A program made the translations under genes and the position numbers. Shown in pieces: positions 55,181 to 64,000 of a stretch of 64,000 bases of DNA. Every line of letters begins with the position of its first letter. Within the stretch, counting starts at the first letter, position 1. Origin of the DNA: Burkholderiales bacterium (GTDB lineage Bacteria > Pseudomonadota > Gammaproteobacteria > Burkholderiales > Burkholderiaceae_C). The stretch covers positions 5,842 through 69,841 of the forward strand of contig JANMXL010000064.1 of the NCBI GenBank assembly GCA_031380885.1, given 5' to 3'. The notes beneath the pieces are model-generated. The model had not been told where the DNA came from. It was given only the letters and a program-made list of their open reading frames with translations, and did no database searches.

Positions 55181-57292
55181 ATGCACCCACGTTTTCATCC
55201 TCCGCGCAGCGCGCTGGCGCTGTCCTTGAGCCTGGTCTTTGCGGCCGTTGTTCCGCGGCTCGCTCAGGCGCAGAGCCGCGCCGATGCACCCTCTGCGGCC
55301 ACCACAGCGCCGCCGTCACGCACCCTCGACACCGTCGTGATCACCGGCAACCCGCTGGGCAGCGTGCAGATCGCGGCACCGGTGTCGGTGCTCGCAGGCG
55401 ACGGCCTGGTGCTGCGACGCGGCAGCTCGCTCGGCGACACGCTGTCCGGTCTGCCCGGTGTCTCGTCGACCTACTTCGGGCCCAACGCCAACCGGCCAGT
55501 GATCCGCGGGCTCGACGGCGACCGCGTGCGCATCCTCAGCAACGCGGGCGCCTCGATCGACGCCTCGTCATTGAGCTACGACCATGCGGTGCCAATCGAC
55601 CCGCTGATCGTCGACCGCATCGAGGTGCTGCGCGGCCCGGGCGCGCTGTTCTACGGCGGCAGCGCGGTCGGCGGTGTCGTCAACACGCTGGACAACCGGA
55701 TTCCGCGTGCGCCACTGTCCGGCTTCTCCGGTGCGGCCGAAGCCCGGCTGGGCGGCGCCGCCCGCGAGCGCAGCGGTGCGGCGCTGATCGAGTCCGGCAA
55801 CGACCGCTTTGCCGTTCATGCCGATGTGTTCGGCCGCGACACCTCGAACCTGCGCGTGCCGCGCTACACGCCGGTGGCGGATGGCGTGCCATTGGACCGC
55901 AGCCGACGCGTGCGCAATTCAGCGGCCGAGACAAGTGGTGGTGCGCTCGGTGGATCGCTGTTCTTTGGTGGCGGAGCCGAGCCCATGCGAGGCCACATCG
56001 GCTTGTCGGTGGACACCTATGACAGCGACTACGGCATCACCGCCGAGCCCGATGTGAAGATCAAGCTGAAGCGCGACCATGTCGGTTTCGCCAGCGAGCT
56101 CAAGATCACCGACGGCCCGCTGCGGGCCCTGCGGCTGAATGCCAACTACACCGACTACCAGCACAAGGAAATCGAAGGCAGCGGCGCGGTTGGCACGGTG
56201 TTCAGCAGCACAGGCTACGACCTGCGCCTGGAGGCCGAACACGCCCAGGTCGGCCCGCTGCGCGGCGTGGTCGGCGTGCAGCACGAGGACTTCGATTTCT
56301 CGGCGCTGGGCGAGGAGGCGTTCGTGCCGAAGACGACTACCCGCAAGACCGGGCTGTTCGCACTCGAAGAGCTGGCCTGGGTCGGCGGCACGCTGTCCAC
56401 AGGCGCGCGATTCGAGTACGCCGAAGTCGATTCCAGAGGCGATGTCGGCGCGGGCTCGCCGAAGTTCGGCAACGCGCTTCAACGCAACTTCTCCTTGCAC
56501 AGCTTTTCGCTCGCCAACGTCACCCCGCTGTCATCCACGTGGTCGTTGACCGGAACGCTCGGCACCACCGAGCGCGCGCCCACCTACTTTGAGCTGTACG
56601 CCAATGGCGTTCATGCCGCGACCGGATCCTACGAGCAGGGCAACACCCGCTTGAAGGCCGAGCGCGGCAGCAACCTCGATCTGGCGTTGCAATGGAAGAC
56701 GGAAACCGATCAGCTGCGCCTGGGCACGTTCTATTCACGCTTCTCGCGCTTCATCTCGCTCGATGCGTCGGGCGAGCGGGTGGATGAGTCCGGCACGGTG
56801 GTGCCCGACGGCACACCCGACAGCGTTCCGTTCTATCGCTTCAACTCGGTCAAAGCGCGCTTGTACGGCGTCGAGATCGAAGGCCGCAAACGCCTGCTCG
56901 ATGTGCCGTGGACGCTGGATGGCACGACGAAATTCGACGCCACCCGCGCCACCAACCGCACGACCAGCGAGCCGCTGCCGCGCGTTGCGCCGTGGCGGCT
57001 GAACCTCGGACTCGATGCGGCACGGGGCCCGTGGGCGGCGCGCTTCGAGGTCGATCATTCGGCGCGTCAAAGCCGGGTGCCCGACACCGACCGGCCGACG
57101 GCGGGCCATACCCTGGTCAACCTGTCTCTGTCGCAGCGCATCAGCGTGAACCTGGCTGACGCGATCTGGTTCGTCAAGTTGACCAACCTGGGCAACGAGC
57201 GGGCGTTCAGCGCCTCGACGATCCAGACGATCCGTGGCCTGTCGCCGTTGCCGGGGCGTGCGCTGCAGGTGGGGATGCGCGTGAGCTTCTGA
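55181..57292 (+). CDS. TonB-dependent receptor
   Basis: Signal peptide, plug 'LDTVVITGNP' and 'IEVLRGP', C-terminal 'GMRVSF'. Confidence 0.9.
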   Translation: MHPRFHPPRSALALSLSLVFAAVVPRLAQAQSRADAPSAATTAPPSRTLDTVVITGNPLGSVQIAAPVSVLAGDGLVLRRGSSLGDTLSGLPGVSSTYFGPNANRPVIRGLDGDRVRILSNAGASIDASSLSYDHAVPIDPLIVDRIEVLRGPGALFYGGSAVGGVVNTLDNRIPRAPLSGFSGAAEARLGGAARERSGAALIESGNDRFAVHADVFGRDTSNLRVPRYTPVADGVPLDRSRRVRNSAAETSGGALGGSLFFGGGAEPMRGHIGLSVDTYDSDYGITAEPDVKIKLKRDHVGFASELKITDGPLRALRLNANYTDYQHKEIEGSGAVGTVFSSTGYDLRLEAEHAQVGPLRGVVGVQHEDFDFSALGEEAFVPKTTTRKTGLFALEELAWVGGTLSTGARFEYAEVDSRGDVGAGSPKFGNALQRNFSLHSFSLANVTPLSSTWSLTGTLGTTERAPTYFELYANGVHAATGSYEQGNTRLKAERGSNLDLALQWKTETDQLRLGTFYSRFSRFISLDASGERVDESGTVVPDGTPDSVPFYRFNSVKARLYGVEIEGRKRLLDVPWTLDGTTKFDATRATNRTTSEPLPRVAPWRLNLGLDAARGPWAARFEVDHSARQSRVPDTDRPTAGHTLVNLSLSQRISVNLADAIWFVKLTNLGNERAFSASTIQTIRGLSPLPGRALQVGMRVSF

Positions 57293-57321
57293 CGCCGCGA
57301 GCTTTCTCAAAAACCGCCGGA

Positions 57322-57957
57322 TCAGGGGGCCAGCCGCTCCCTGATCCACCGTTGCTCTTGCAATTGGTATCGCAGCCGGTCGTGCAGCCGCGACCGGCGG
57401 CCTTGCCAGAACTCCCAGCGGTCAGGCACCAGGCGATAGCCGCCCCAGTGCGGCGGGCGCGGCGGGTTCAGCAGGTACTGCGCGCCGTAGGTCGCGGCAT
57501 TCGTGACCAGCACGCTGCGCGAGGCGATCACTTCGCTTTGCGGCGAGGCCCAGGCGCCGATGCGCGAATCGAGCGGGCGCGAGGCGAAGTAGGCATCCGA
57601 CTCGGCCGCATCGACCTTCTCGACCCGGCCTTCGATGCGCACGACCCGCTCCAGCTCGACCCAGTGGAACTGCAGCGCGGCCTGCGGCTGCGCCGCGAGC
57701 TCGTGGCCCTTGCGGCTGTCGTAGTTGGTGTACCAGACGATGCCGCGTGCGTCGCAGCCCTTGATCAGCACCACGCGCGTCGAGGGCCGCCCATCGGCGC
57801 CGACGGTGGCCAGCGTCATCGCATTCGGCTCGGGCAGCTCGCCGCTCAAGGCCTGCTGCAGCCACAGCTCGAACTGCGCCAGCGGGTCGGCGAGCGACGC
57901 GCTCTCGTCGAGTTCGGCACGTTCATAGCTCTTGCGGAGATCGGCGATGTGGCTCAT
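57322..57957 (-). CDS. pdxH: pyridoxamine 5'-phosphate oxidase
   Basis: '[17 protein letters not shown]' and 'RVVLIKG' motifs. 211 aa. Confidence 0.95.
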   Translation of the reverse strand: MSHIADLRKSYERAELDESASLADPLAQFELWLQQALSGELPEPNAMTLATVGADGRPSTRVVLIKGCDARGIVWYTNYDSRKGHELAAQPQAALQFHWVELERVVRIEGRVEKVDAAESDAYFASRPLDSRIGAWASPQSEVIASRSVLVTNAATYGAQYLLNPPRPPHWGGYRLVPDRWEFWQGRRSRLHDRLRYQLQEQRWIRERLAP

Positions 57958-58069
57958 CGGTCAAGTATAGAAAGCCCCCCTGTCCGATGTCAGTGATGCC
58001 CCTCTGGTGCGCCGGACGCGTTGCCTGCATCCTCGGAATCTGGTTCTTCAGAACGACAGGACACAGACG

Positions 58070-58717
58070 ATGACTTCCGGGCCCGCGATCATTGTGTTGG
58101 CGGCTGGCCTCGGCTCCCGCTTCCAGGACGCCGGACACAAGCTGAGCCAGCCCTTGGGCGGCACCAGTGTGCTCGGCGCCACGCTGGCCCAAGCGATCGG
58201 CAGCGGGCTGCCGCTGGTGGTGATCACCACCGAGGCGCTGGTGGCGGAAGCGGCTCGCCATGTCGCCCGCCAGGACATCGTGGTGCTCGAAGCGGCGTCA
58301 AGGTTGGTCGAAGGCCGCAGCGACCTGCGCGCGGTCAACGCCCGGCTCGGCATGGGCGCATCGATCGCTGCCGGAGTCGCTGCACGCTCGAACGCCGATG
58401 GCTGGCTGGTGCTGCCGGGCGACATGCCCTTGGTGCAACCGGCCACGCTTTTGCAGGTGGCCGCCGCGCTGCGCGATCACACGATTGCTTACGCCCAGCT
58501 CCACGGGCAGCGCGGTCACCCGGTCGGCTTCAATGCCGAGCTGTATTCCGAGCTGGTCACGCTGCAAGGCGACGAGGCCGCGCGCCGCATGGTGTCGCGC
58601 TACCCGGCGCACCCGGTCGAGGTCGACGACCCGGGTGTGCTGGTCGATGTGGACACCGTGGCCGACCTGGCGCGGGTGCGCGTGTTGTGGGCGCGCGAGG
58701 AGGCGGTGCCGCAATAG
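58070..58717 (+). CDS. MobA/MocA-like nucleotidyltransferase family protein
   Basis: 'IVLAAGLGSRF' NTP-binding loop and 'LPGDMPLV'. Confidence 0.8.
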   Translation: MTSGPAIIVLAAGLGSRFQDAGHKLSQPLGGTSVLGATLAQAIGSGLPLVVITTEALVAEAARHVARQDIVVLEAASRLVEGRSDLRAVNARLGMGASIAAGVAARSNADGWLVLPGDMPLVQPATLLQVAAALRDHTIAYAQLHGQRGHPVGFNAELYSELVTLQGDEAARRMVSRYPAHPVEVDDPGVLVDVDTVADLARVRVLWAREEAVPQ

Positions 58718-59043
58718 ACCGCTTGTTTTCGTCACATTGGGCATCGCGCTCGCCATGGGGTCAGTGTCATGACCCGCAAGCAACGAAACACGATTCCGCT
58801 CTTGTCACCGCCGATCGATGCACGTAGGCGTTGGAAGCGGTCACGGTTTTGGGCTGTCTGCGCCCGCATCGCCTGTCTTTCTGGATGTGGCTGCGATTCA
58901 GTCGGTGATCGACTGCATCCAGATTTGAACTTATCTCGTAAGTGGTACAGCGCAACTCGACTCCCCGGAGCGGGCACGCCATTCAGGTCGCAGCACCTTG
59001 GTGCTGCGCGTGAACCCCACAACCTAGAAATGAGACACCACCC

Positions 59044-60783
59044 ATGAAAACAACACAGACGCCATCCACTCGCCTGCTGCCGATCATCGGCGCGCTGGCC
59101 GCTGCCTACGGACTCAGTGCGGCGCTGCCGGCGCACGCTTCCAGCCACCGCGAGGCACCGTCGATCGGAGGCTCGTCGCGCGTCGATGCGACCGACTTTT
59201 ACATGTTTAACAGCTATGAGACCGGCCGCGGCGACTTCGTCTCGATCATGGCGAACTACCAGCCATTCCAAGATCCATACGGCGGCCCGAACTTCTTCCC
59301 GCTCGACCCGAACGCGCTGTACGAAATCCACATCGACAACAACGGCGACGGCAAAGAAGACATCACCTTTCAGTTCCACTTCAAGAACAACTTGAAAGGC
59401 ACTGCCGCATCGCCAGGCATTCAGATTCCGATCCCACCCACCGCGAGCACACCGTTGGTGGCGATTCCGCTGACTCAGGCCGGTGGAGTCACCGTGCCGA
59501 ATTCGCCCAATCTGAATGTGAATGAAACCTTCACCGTCGACATCATCCGCGGTAACCGTCGTACCGGCACCAAGGCCGCGATCACCAACGTGGCGGGCGG
59601 CTCGGCCACCTTCGACAAGCCTGCGGACAACATTGGCAGCAAGACCATCCCCGACTACACCGCTTACGCCAATCAGCATATCTACAGCGTCAACATCCCT
59701 GGCTGCTCGATACCGGGCAAGGTGTTCGTCGGTCAGCGCAAAGACCCGTTCGCCGTCAACGTGGGGGTGATTTTCGATCTGGTGAACGTGCCTTTGTCCG
59801 TCATCACCAACCCAGCGTTGAAAAATGCCGCGCGCGACCCGGCGAACAACGCTGGTAAAGATGTCCTCGAAGACAAGAACGTCACCACCCTGGCCATCGA
59901 AGTGCCGAAGTCTTGTCTGACCTCCGGCACCGATCCTGTCATCGGCGGCTGGACGACGGCCAGCCAGCGCCAAGGCCGCCTGCTGAACCCGATTCCACGT
60001 CGCGGCCACGGCACCACAGCCGTCAACGGCGGCGCCTGGACCCAGGTGTCGCGCCTGGGCATGCCCCTGGTCAACGAGGTGGTTATCGGCTTGCCTGACA
60101 AGGATCGTTTCAACGGCTCTAAGCCAGCGGGGGATGTGCAATTCGCCACGTACGTGACGAATCCGACGCTGCCGCGCCTGCTTGAGATTGCTTTCGCCAC
60201 GCCCGCCGGCGCGATTGCCCCGACCAACCTGCCGCGCACCGACTTGTTGAACGTGTTCTTGAACGGCATCGCAGGGGTCAACCGGCCGACCACCAGCCTG
60301 ACCTCGGCTGGCCTCGTTCCGGCTGAAATGCTGCGCCTGAACACTGCCAACGCTGCAGTGCCCTTGGCTTCGCAAAACCGCTTGGGCGTGGCCGGTGAGC
60401 TGGTGCGTGTGGGCGGTGCAGCCAACCTTGGCAGCGCCGTGGACTTGGCCGGGTTCCCGAACGGTCGCCGTCCGAATGACGACGTGGTCGACATTTCGTT
60501 GATCGCTGTGGCGGGTGGGCTTTGCCTGGCCAACAGCGTCGGCAATCTGTCGGCGATCAACGCCACCAACAACGCCAACGTGCTGGGCTTGAACACCTTC
60601 ACCATTCCCGGCGCCACGCCGACAGTGTTGTCTTCGACTTGCAATGTCGCCGCCGTGCCGCAAGGTGCCACCGCACTTTCGCTGCATGACGGTATCGACC
60701 AAGCAGTCGACACGCCGAACTATGTGCGCACCAGCACCTTCCCGTACTTTGCCAAGCCGATTCCCGGCGCCGGCACGAACTAA
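59044..60783 (+). CDS. DUF4331-family secreted protein
   Basis: A signal peptide ending 'PAHA' is followed by the family-typical 'SSHREAP' and 'DATDFYMF'. 579 aa. Confidence 0.85.
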   Translation: MKTTQTPSTRLLPIIGALAAAYGLSAALPAHASSHREAPSIGGSSRVDATDFYMFNSYETGRGDFVSIMANYQPFQDPYGGPNFFPLDPNALYEIHIDNNGDGKEDITFQFHFKNNLKGTAASPGIQIPIPPTASTPLVAIPLTQAGGVTVPNSPNLNVNETFTVDIIRGNRRTGTKAAITNVAGGSATFDKPADNIGSKTIPDYTAYANQHIYSVNIPGCSIPGKVFVGQRKDPFAVNVGVIFDLVNVPLSVITNPALKNAARDPANNAGKDVLEDKNVTTLAIEVPKSCLTSGTDPVIGGWTTASQRQGRLLNPIPRRGHGTTAVNGGAWTQVSRLGMPLVNEVVIGLPDKDRFNGSKPAGDVQFATYVTNPTLPRLLEIAFATPAGAIAPTNLPRTDLLNVFLNGIAGVNRPTTSLTSAGLVPAEMLRLNTANAAVPLASQNRLGVAGELVRVGGAANLGSAVDLAGFPNGRRPNDDVVDISLIAVAGGLCLANSVGNLSAINATNNANVLGLNTFTIPGATPTVLSSTCNVAAVPQGATALSLHDGIDQAVDTPNYVRTSTFPYFAKPIPGAGTN

Positions 60784-60796
60784 GGAGCCCACCATC

Positions 60797-61054
60797 ATGG
60801 CCAAGCAAACCTTGCTATTGATGAGCTTCGCATCGGTGCTGTTGACCGCTTGCGGAGGTGGTGGTGGTGGTGGTGGATCCATCCCGGTCACTGAAGCGGT
60901 GCCTGCGGCCGCGTCCAGCGACCCAGTGGCGGCCACCAACTATGTCACCGCGTTGACGGCAGTGCCTGCGACAACGACCGACACGCTGGAGCCAGTCACG
61001 GTTCCCGACACGCTGGCCTCCAGCGACACGACCGAGCCGGCTGCCATCCCCTGA
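60797..61054 (+). CDS. small lipoprotein with a Gly8 linker
   Basis: AAGGAG RBS, lipobox 'LLTAC' followed by GGGGGGGG. 85 aa. Confidence 0.6.
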   Translation: MAKQTLLLMSFASVLLTACGGGGGGGGSIPVTEAVPAAASSDPVAATNYVTALTAVPATTTDTLEPVTVPDTLASSDTTEPAAIP

Positions 61055-61149
61055 CGAACGGTAAGAGAGGGTAAGAGAGAATCCCGGCGCGATGCCCCTT
61101 GCGGGGCAGCGCGCCGGTTTTTTGAGTGAGTCCCACAGGAGCGAGGGCG

Positions 61150-62319
61150 ATGTTTCAAGTTTCAGCCTGGCGCTTCGCTATGGTGCTGGCCGGTGGCGTG
61201 CTGGCGGTGTGGTGGAGCCAGGGCGCGCATGCCGAGCCGCTGAACCCGACCCGGGACACCGAAGTGATCGAGATACTGCCCGCCGGTGGCAGCTCAGCCG
61301 AAGACCGGCAACTGAGGCGCTTGTGGGTCAATCACCCCACCGACGTGGCAACGGCCGTGTCGTTGGCCCGGCGCTACCTTTCGCGGGCGCGTGATCTGGG
61401 CGACCCACGCTACGCCGGGCAGGCGCTGGCCGTCCTGCAATCGTGGCCGAATGCGAAAACCGCACCCGACGATGTGTTGCTGTTGCAGGCCACGGTGCAG
61501 CAGTACCTGCATGAGTTCGATATTTCGGCCGGTCACCTGGAGATGCTGGTGGCGCGCCAACCCGACCACGCGCAGGCGTGGTTGACGCTGGCCACGGTGC
61601 GCCGTGTGCAGGGCCGTTATGCCGCCTCCAACGCGGCCTGCCTGGGTCTGCAAGCGGCCGGCGCGCGCCTCGAATCGCAAGCCTGCCTGGCCGAAAACGC
61701 CAGCCTGCGCGGTGACAACGAGTCGGCGCGCAGCATGCTGCAGCAGCTGCTGACGCCGCCACGCTTGCCCGCATCGACAAAGTCCTGGCTGCTGACCACG
61801 CTGGCCGAGCTGGAGCAGCGTGATGGCAAGCCCGAAGCGGCTGAAGCGGACTTCAAGAAAGCACTCGAAGCCGAGACCGGTGGCTACACGCTGCTGACCT
61901 ACATCGACTTTCTGTTCGAACAGGGCCGTGAAGACGAAGCCCTGGCGTTGCTGGTGCCGCAGCCGCGCACCGACGCGGTGATGCTGCGGCTGGCGATGGC
62001 CGGTGCACGGCTGAAAACGCCGAACGCGGCCGTCGATGCCCGACTCGTGCGCGACGCGATGGCGCAGGCCAATCTGCGACCGGGTGCGCGCGGCACGCAT
62101 GCCCGCGAGCAAGCCATGTTCGCCTTGTGGGTCGATGGCAAACCCGCCGCTGCGCTGGCACTGGCGCGTGAGAACGTGCGCAAGCAGCGCGAACCGCTGG
62201 ACCTGCTGGTGCTGGCGCATGCCGCGCGCGCCGCGGGCGACGCCAAGGCGATCCGCGAAGCCGATCAACTGCGCAAGGAGATGGGTCTGCACGACCAGCG
62301 CCTCGATGCCTTGCTCTGA
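61150..62319 (+). CDS. exported tetratricopeptide-repeat protein
   Basis: Signal peptide 'VLAGGVLAVWWSQGAHA' and TPR-like helical repeats. Confidence 0.7.
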   Translation: MFQVSAWRFAMVLAGGVLAVWWSQGAHAEPLNPTRDTEVIEILPAGGSSAEDRQLRRLWVNHPTDVATAVSLARRYLSRARDLGDPRYAGQALAVLQSWPNAKTAPDDVLLLQATVQQYLHEFDISAGHLEMLVARQPDHAQAWLTLATVRRVQGRYAASNAACLGLQAAGARLESQACLAENASLRGDNESARSMLQQLLTPPRLPASTKSWLLTTLAELEQRDGKPEAAEADFKKALEAETGGYTLLTYIDFLFEQGREDEALALLVPQPRTDAVMLRLAMAGARLKTPNAAVDARLVRDAMAQANLRPGARGTHAREQAMFALWVDGKPAAALALARENVRKQREPLDLLVLAHAARAAGDAKAIREADQLRKEMGLHDQRLDALL

Positions 62320-62320
62320 G

Positions 62321-63550
62321 GTGTCGGTGACATCGATCGTTCGACGCAAGTGGCGGGCTCTGGCATGGCTGGTCTGCGGTCTGGTGGCCGGCCCGGCAAT
62401 GGCGCACAAGGGCAGCGATGCCTACCTGCAGCTGAAGCTGGGCGGAGCGGCATCGACGCTGCGTGTCGATCTGGCGCTGCGCGATCTCGACGCGGTGCAA
62501 GACATCGATGCCGATGCCAATGGCCAGCTGACTTGGGGCGAGGTGAAGGCCGCACTCCCGGCCATCGAGCGCTATCTCGCGGCCCGGGTGCTGGTCGATG
62601 GCTGCCAGTGGCAGTCGGTGGCGACGGGTCTCGAACGTCGCGCCGATGGCGTTTATGCGGCGCTGACCTGGTCGGGCAGCTGTGCGGTCGACGCCACGTT
62701 GCCGACGATCCGCTACAGCGCGCTGCGCGAGATCGACCCGACGCACCGCGCCATCGCCAAGATCGAGCGGCCTGGCAGCGATCCGGTGGTGCAGGTGCTC
62801 GACCCGACCAAGGTGTTGCCGCCGGCGGCGAAGGCCGCTGCGTCGGCTGCGGGCGTGGGCGTTGCCGCAGCGGTGTCGGCTGGTGTCACAGCGAGCGGCC
62901 CTGAGGCCGGTGTGACGGCGGCTGCTCAGCCGGAGCCGACAGCGTCTGCTGGCTTCGTCAGGGAAGGCATGCGCCACATCCTCGGCGGCTACGACCATGT
63001 GCTGTTTCTGCTGGCGCTGCTGCTGCCTGCGGTGATGCGCCGAACGACGACGGGTTGGCAGCCGGTGGAGCGCCTGGCGCAGGCCATCATGCCGGTGGCG
63101 GTGATCGTGACCGCGTTCACCGTCGCGCATTCGGTGACATTGACGCTGGCCGGCTTGAAGCTGGTGTCGCTGTCGTCGGCGTTCATTGAACCCGCGATCG
63201 CGGTGACCATCGTGCTCGCCGCGATAGACAACCTGACGCCGATTTTCCGCGGGCGCCGGGCCGTCGTGACCTTCTTGTTCGGCCTGATCCACGGTTTCGG
63301 TTTCGCCGGCGTGCTGGGCGAGCTGAACCTGCCGACGGTGCAGTTCGCCTGGGCGCTGTTTCAGTTCAACCTGGGCATCGAGTTGGGGCAGTTGTTCATC
63401 GTCGCGATTGCTGTCACCGCGCTGTTCGCATTTCGACGACAGGCCTGGTATCCGTTCGTGGTGATCCGCGGTGGCTCGGCGGTGGCCATCGTCATCGGCT
63501 CGCTCTGGTTCATCGACCGCACGGCCAACCTGGCGATCCTGCCGTTTTGA
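62321..63550 (+). CDS. HupE/UreJ-family membrane protein with an N-terminal periplasmic extension of about 190 aa
   Basis: C-terminal half has 'HILGGYDHVLFLLALLLP' and 'FGLIHGFGFAG' HupE-type motifs. GTG start at 62321 or 62327. Confidence 0.8.
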   Translation: MSVTSIVRRKWRALAWLVCGLVAGPAMAHKGSDAYLQLKLGGAASTLRVDLALRDLDAVQDIDADANGQLTWGEVKAALPAIERYLAARVLVDGCQWQSVATGLERRADGVYAALTWSGSCAVDATLPTIRYSALREIDPTHRAIAKIERPGSDPVVQVLDPTKVLPPAAKAAASAAGVGVAAAVSAGVTASGPEAGVTAAAQPEPTASAGFVREGMRHILGGYDHVLFLLALLLPAVMRRTTTGWQPVERLAQAIMPVAVIVTAFTVAHSVTLTLAGLKLVSLSSAFIEPAIAVTIVLAAIDNLTPIFRGRRAVVTFLFGLIHGFGFAGVLGELNLPTVQFAWALFQFNLGIELGQLFIVAIAVTALFAFRRQAWYPFVVIRGGSAVAIVIGSLWFIDRTANLAILPF

Positions 63551-63585
63551 CGCTTAAAATTTCCGGCTGCACAGGTTCAAACAGG

Positions 63586-63614
63586 GCGCGGTTGTGGACC
63601 GCGCTTTTTCTTTT
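63586..63614 (+). terminator. rho-independent terminator
   Basis: GCGCGGT-tgtgg-ACCGCGC followed by TTTTTCTTTT. Confidence 0.65.
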
Positions 63615-63628
63615 CCGACGGAGCTTTG

Positions 63629-64000
63629 ATGATCTCGATTCAGTTGCCCGATGGCTCACAGCGCCAGTTCCCAGGCCCGGTGACGGTGGCCGAGGTGGCT
63701 GCGTCCATCGGTAGCGGGCTGGCCAAGGCGGCACTGGCCGGGCGGGTGGGCAGCGGGGCTGCGGCCAAGGTGGTCGATACCAGCCACCTGATCGAGCACG
63801 ACACGGCGCTGGCCATCATCACCGAGAAAGATGCCGACGGGCTCGACGTCATCCGCCACTCGACGGCGCACTTGCTGGCGCATGCTGTGAAAGAGCTCTA
63901 CGCGGATGCGCAGGTGACGATCGGCCCGGTGATCGAGAACGGCTTCTTCTACGACTTCTCATACAAGCGCCCGTTCACGCCGGACGACTTGGCTGCGATC
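63629..64000 (+). CDS. thrS: threonine--tRNA ligase, N-terminal (TGS domain) part; 3' end outside the window
   Basis: Not in the ORF track because it runs off the window. My own translation gives '[40 protein letters not shown]...[15 protein letters not shown]'. GGAG lies upstream. Confidence 0.9.
   Translation, partial: MISIQLPDGSQRQFPGPVTVAEVAASIGSGLAKAALAGRVGSGAAAKVVDTSHLIEHDTALAIITEKDADGLDVIRHSTAHLLAHAVKELYADAQVTIGPVIENGFFYDFSYKRPFTPDDLAAI

Noticed and set aside
58740-58753. GGCATcgcgcTCGC about 290 nt upstream of the DUF4331 gene
   Set aside because: The -12 element is TCGC rather than TTGC, and the distance to the start codon is large. This is not enough evidence for a sigma-54 promoter.
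58718-59043. Riboswitch or metal-regulator box in the 327-nt leader of the DUF4331 cluster
   Set aside because: I looked for a B12 box, a NiCo-type conserved core and Fur/Zur-like palindromes and recognised none by eye. Only a short hairpin (CGCAGCACC..GGTGCTGCG) is present. A covariance-model scan would be needed.

Overview
High-GC proteobacterial chromosome segment. The gene content looks like Burkholderiales-type Betaproteobacteria (taxonomy is a low-confidence guess). I call about 65 protein genes, two intact tRNA-Lys genes, several hairpin terminators and no rRNA, CRISPR, integrase or transposase. Housekeeping genes include scoAB, ppnP, argG, cspA, rluA, tolB-pal-cpoB, tcdA, msrA, pdxH and the thrS 5' end. 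Four things need a second look. (1) Between about 18.6 and 40.6 kb, ten sigma-54-type -24/-12 promoter cores sit in intergenic DNA, each pointing at the adjacent gene. They surround an rpoN copy outside the canonical rpoN context (apparently a second copy) that has such a promoter itself. An orphan sigma-54 activator response regulator lies at the left edge, with three sensor kinases and many stress-type genes (otsBA, GlsB/YeaQ, OmpA/DUF4398, KaiC). (2) A KaiC-family operon (unknown protein, KaiC, GGDEF-histidine-kinase fusion) has no KaiA or KaiB. It runs divergently from rpoN, followed by a sigma-54-promoted operon (unknown protein, GT2, acyl-CoA-dehydrogenase-like, PIG-L deacetylase, NodS-like methyltransferase). 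(3) An uncharacterised exported cluster (DUF4331, Gly-run lipoprotein, TPR protein, extended HupE/UreJ) lies next to two TonB-dependent receptors. The predicted mature N-terminus of the DUF4331 protein is Ser-Ser-His, an ATCUN-like Cu/Ni motif. (4) Two small decayed accessory patches are present. One is a 1.3 kb MNT/HEPN mini-island bracketed by tRNA-Lys(CUU) and a 47-nt copy of its 3' end, with the HEPN gene broken by an in-frame TAG. The other is a PIN toxin-antitoxin patch with a frameshifted XRE gene. All calls come from reading the supplied translations and sequence by eye; no database search was run.
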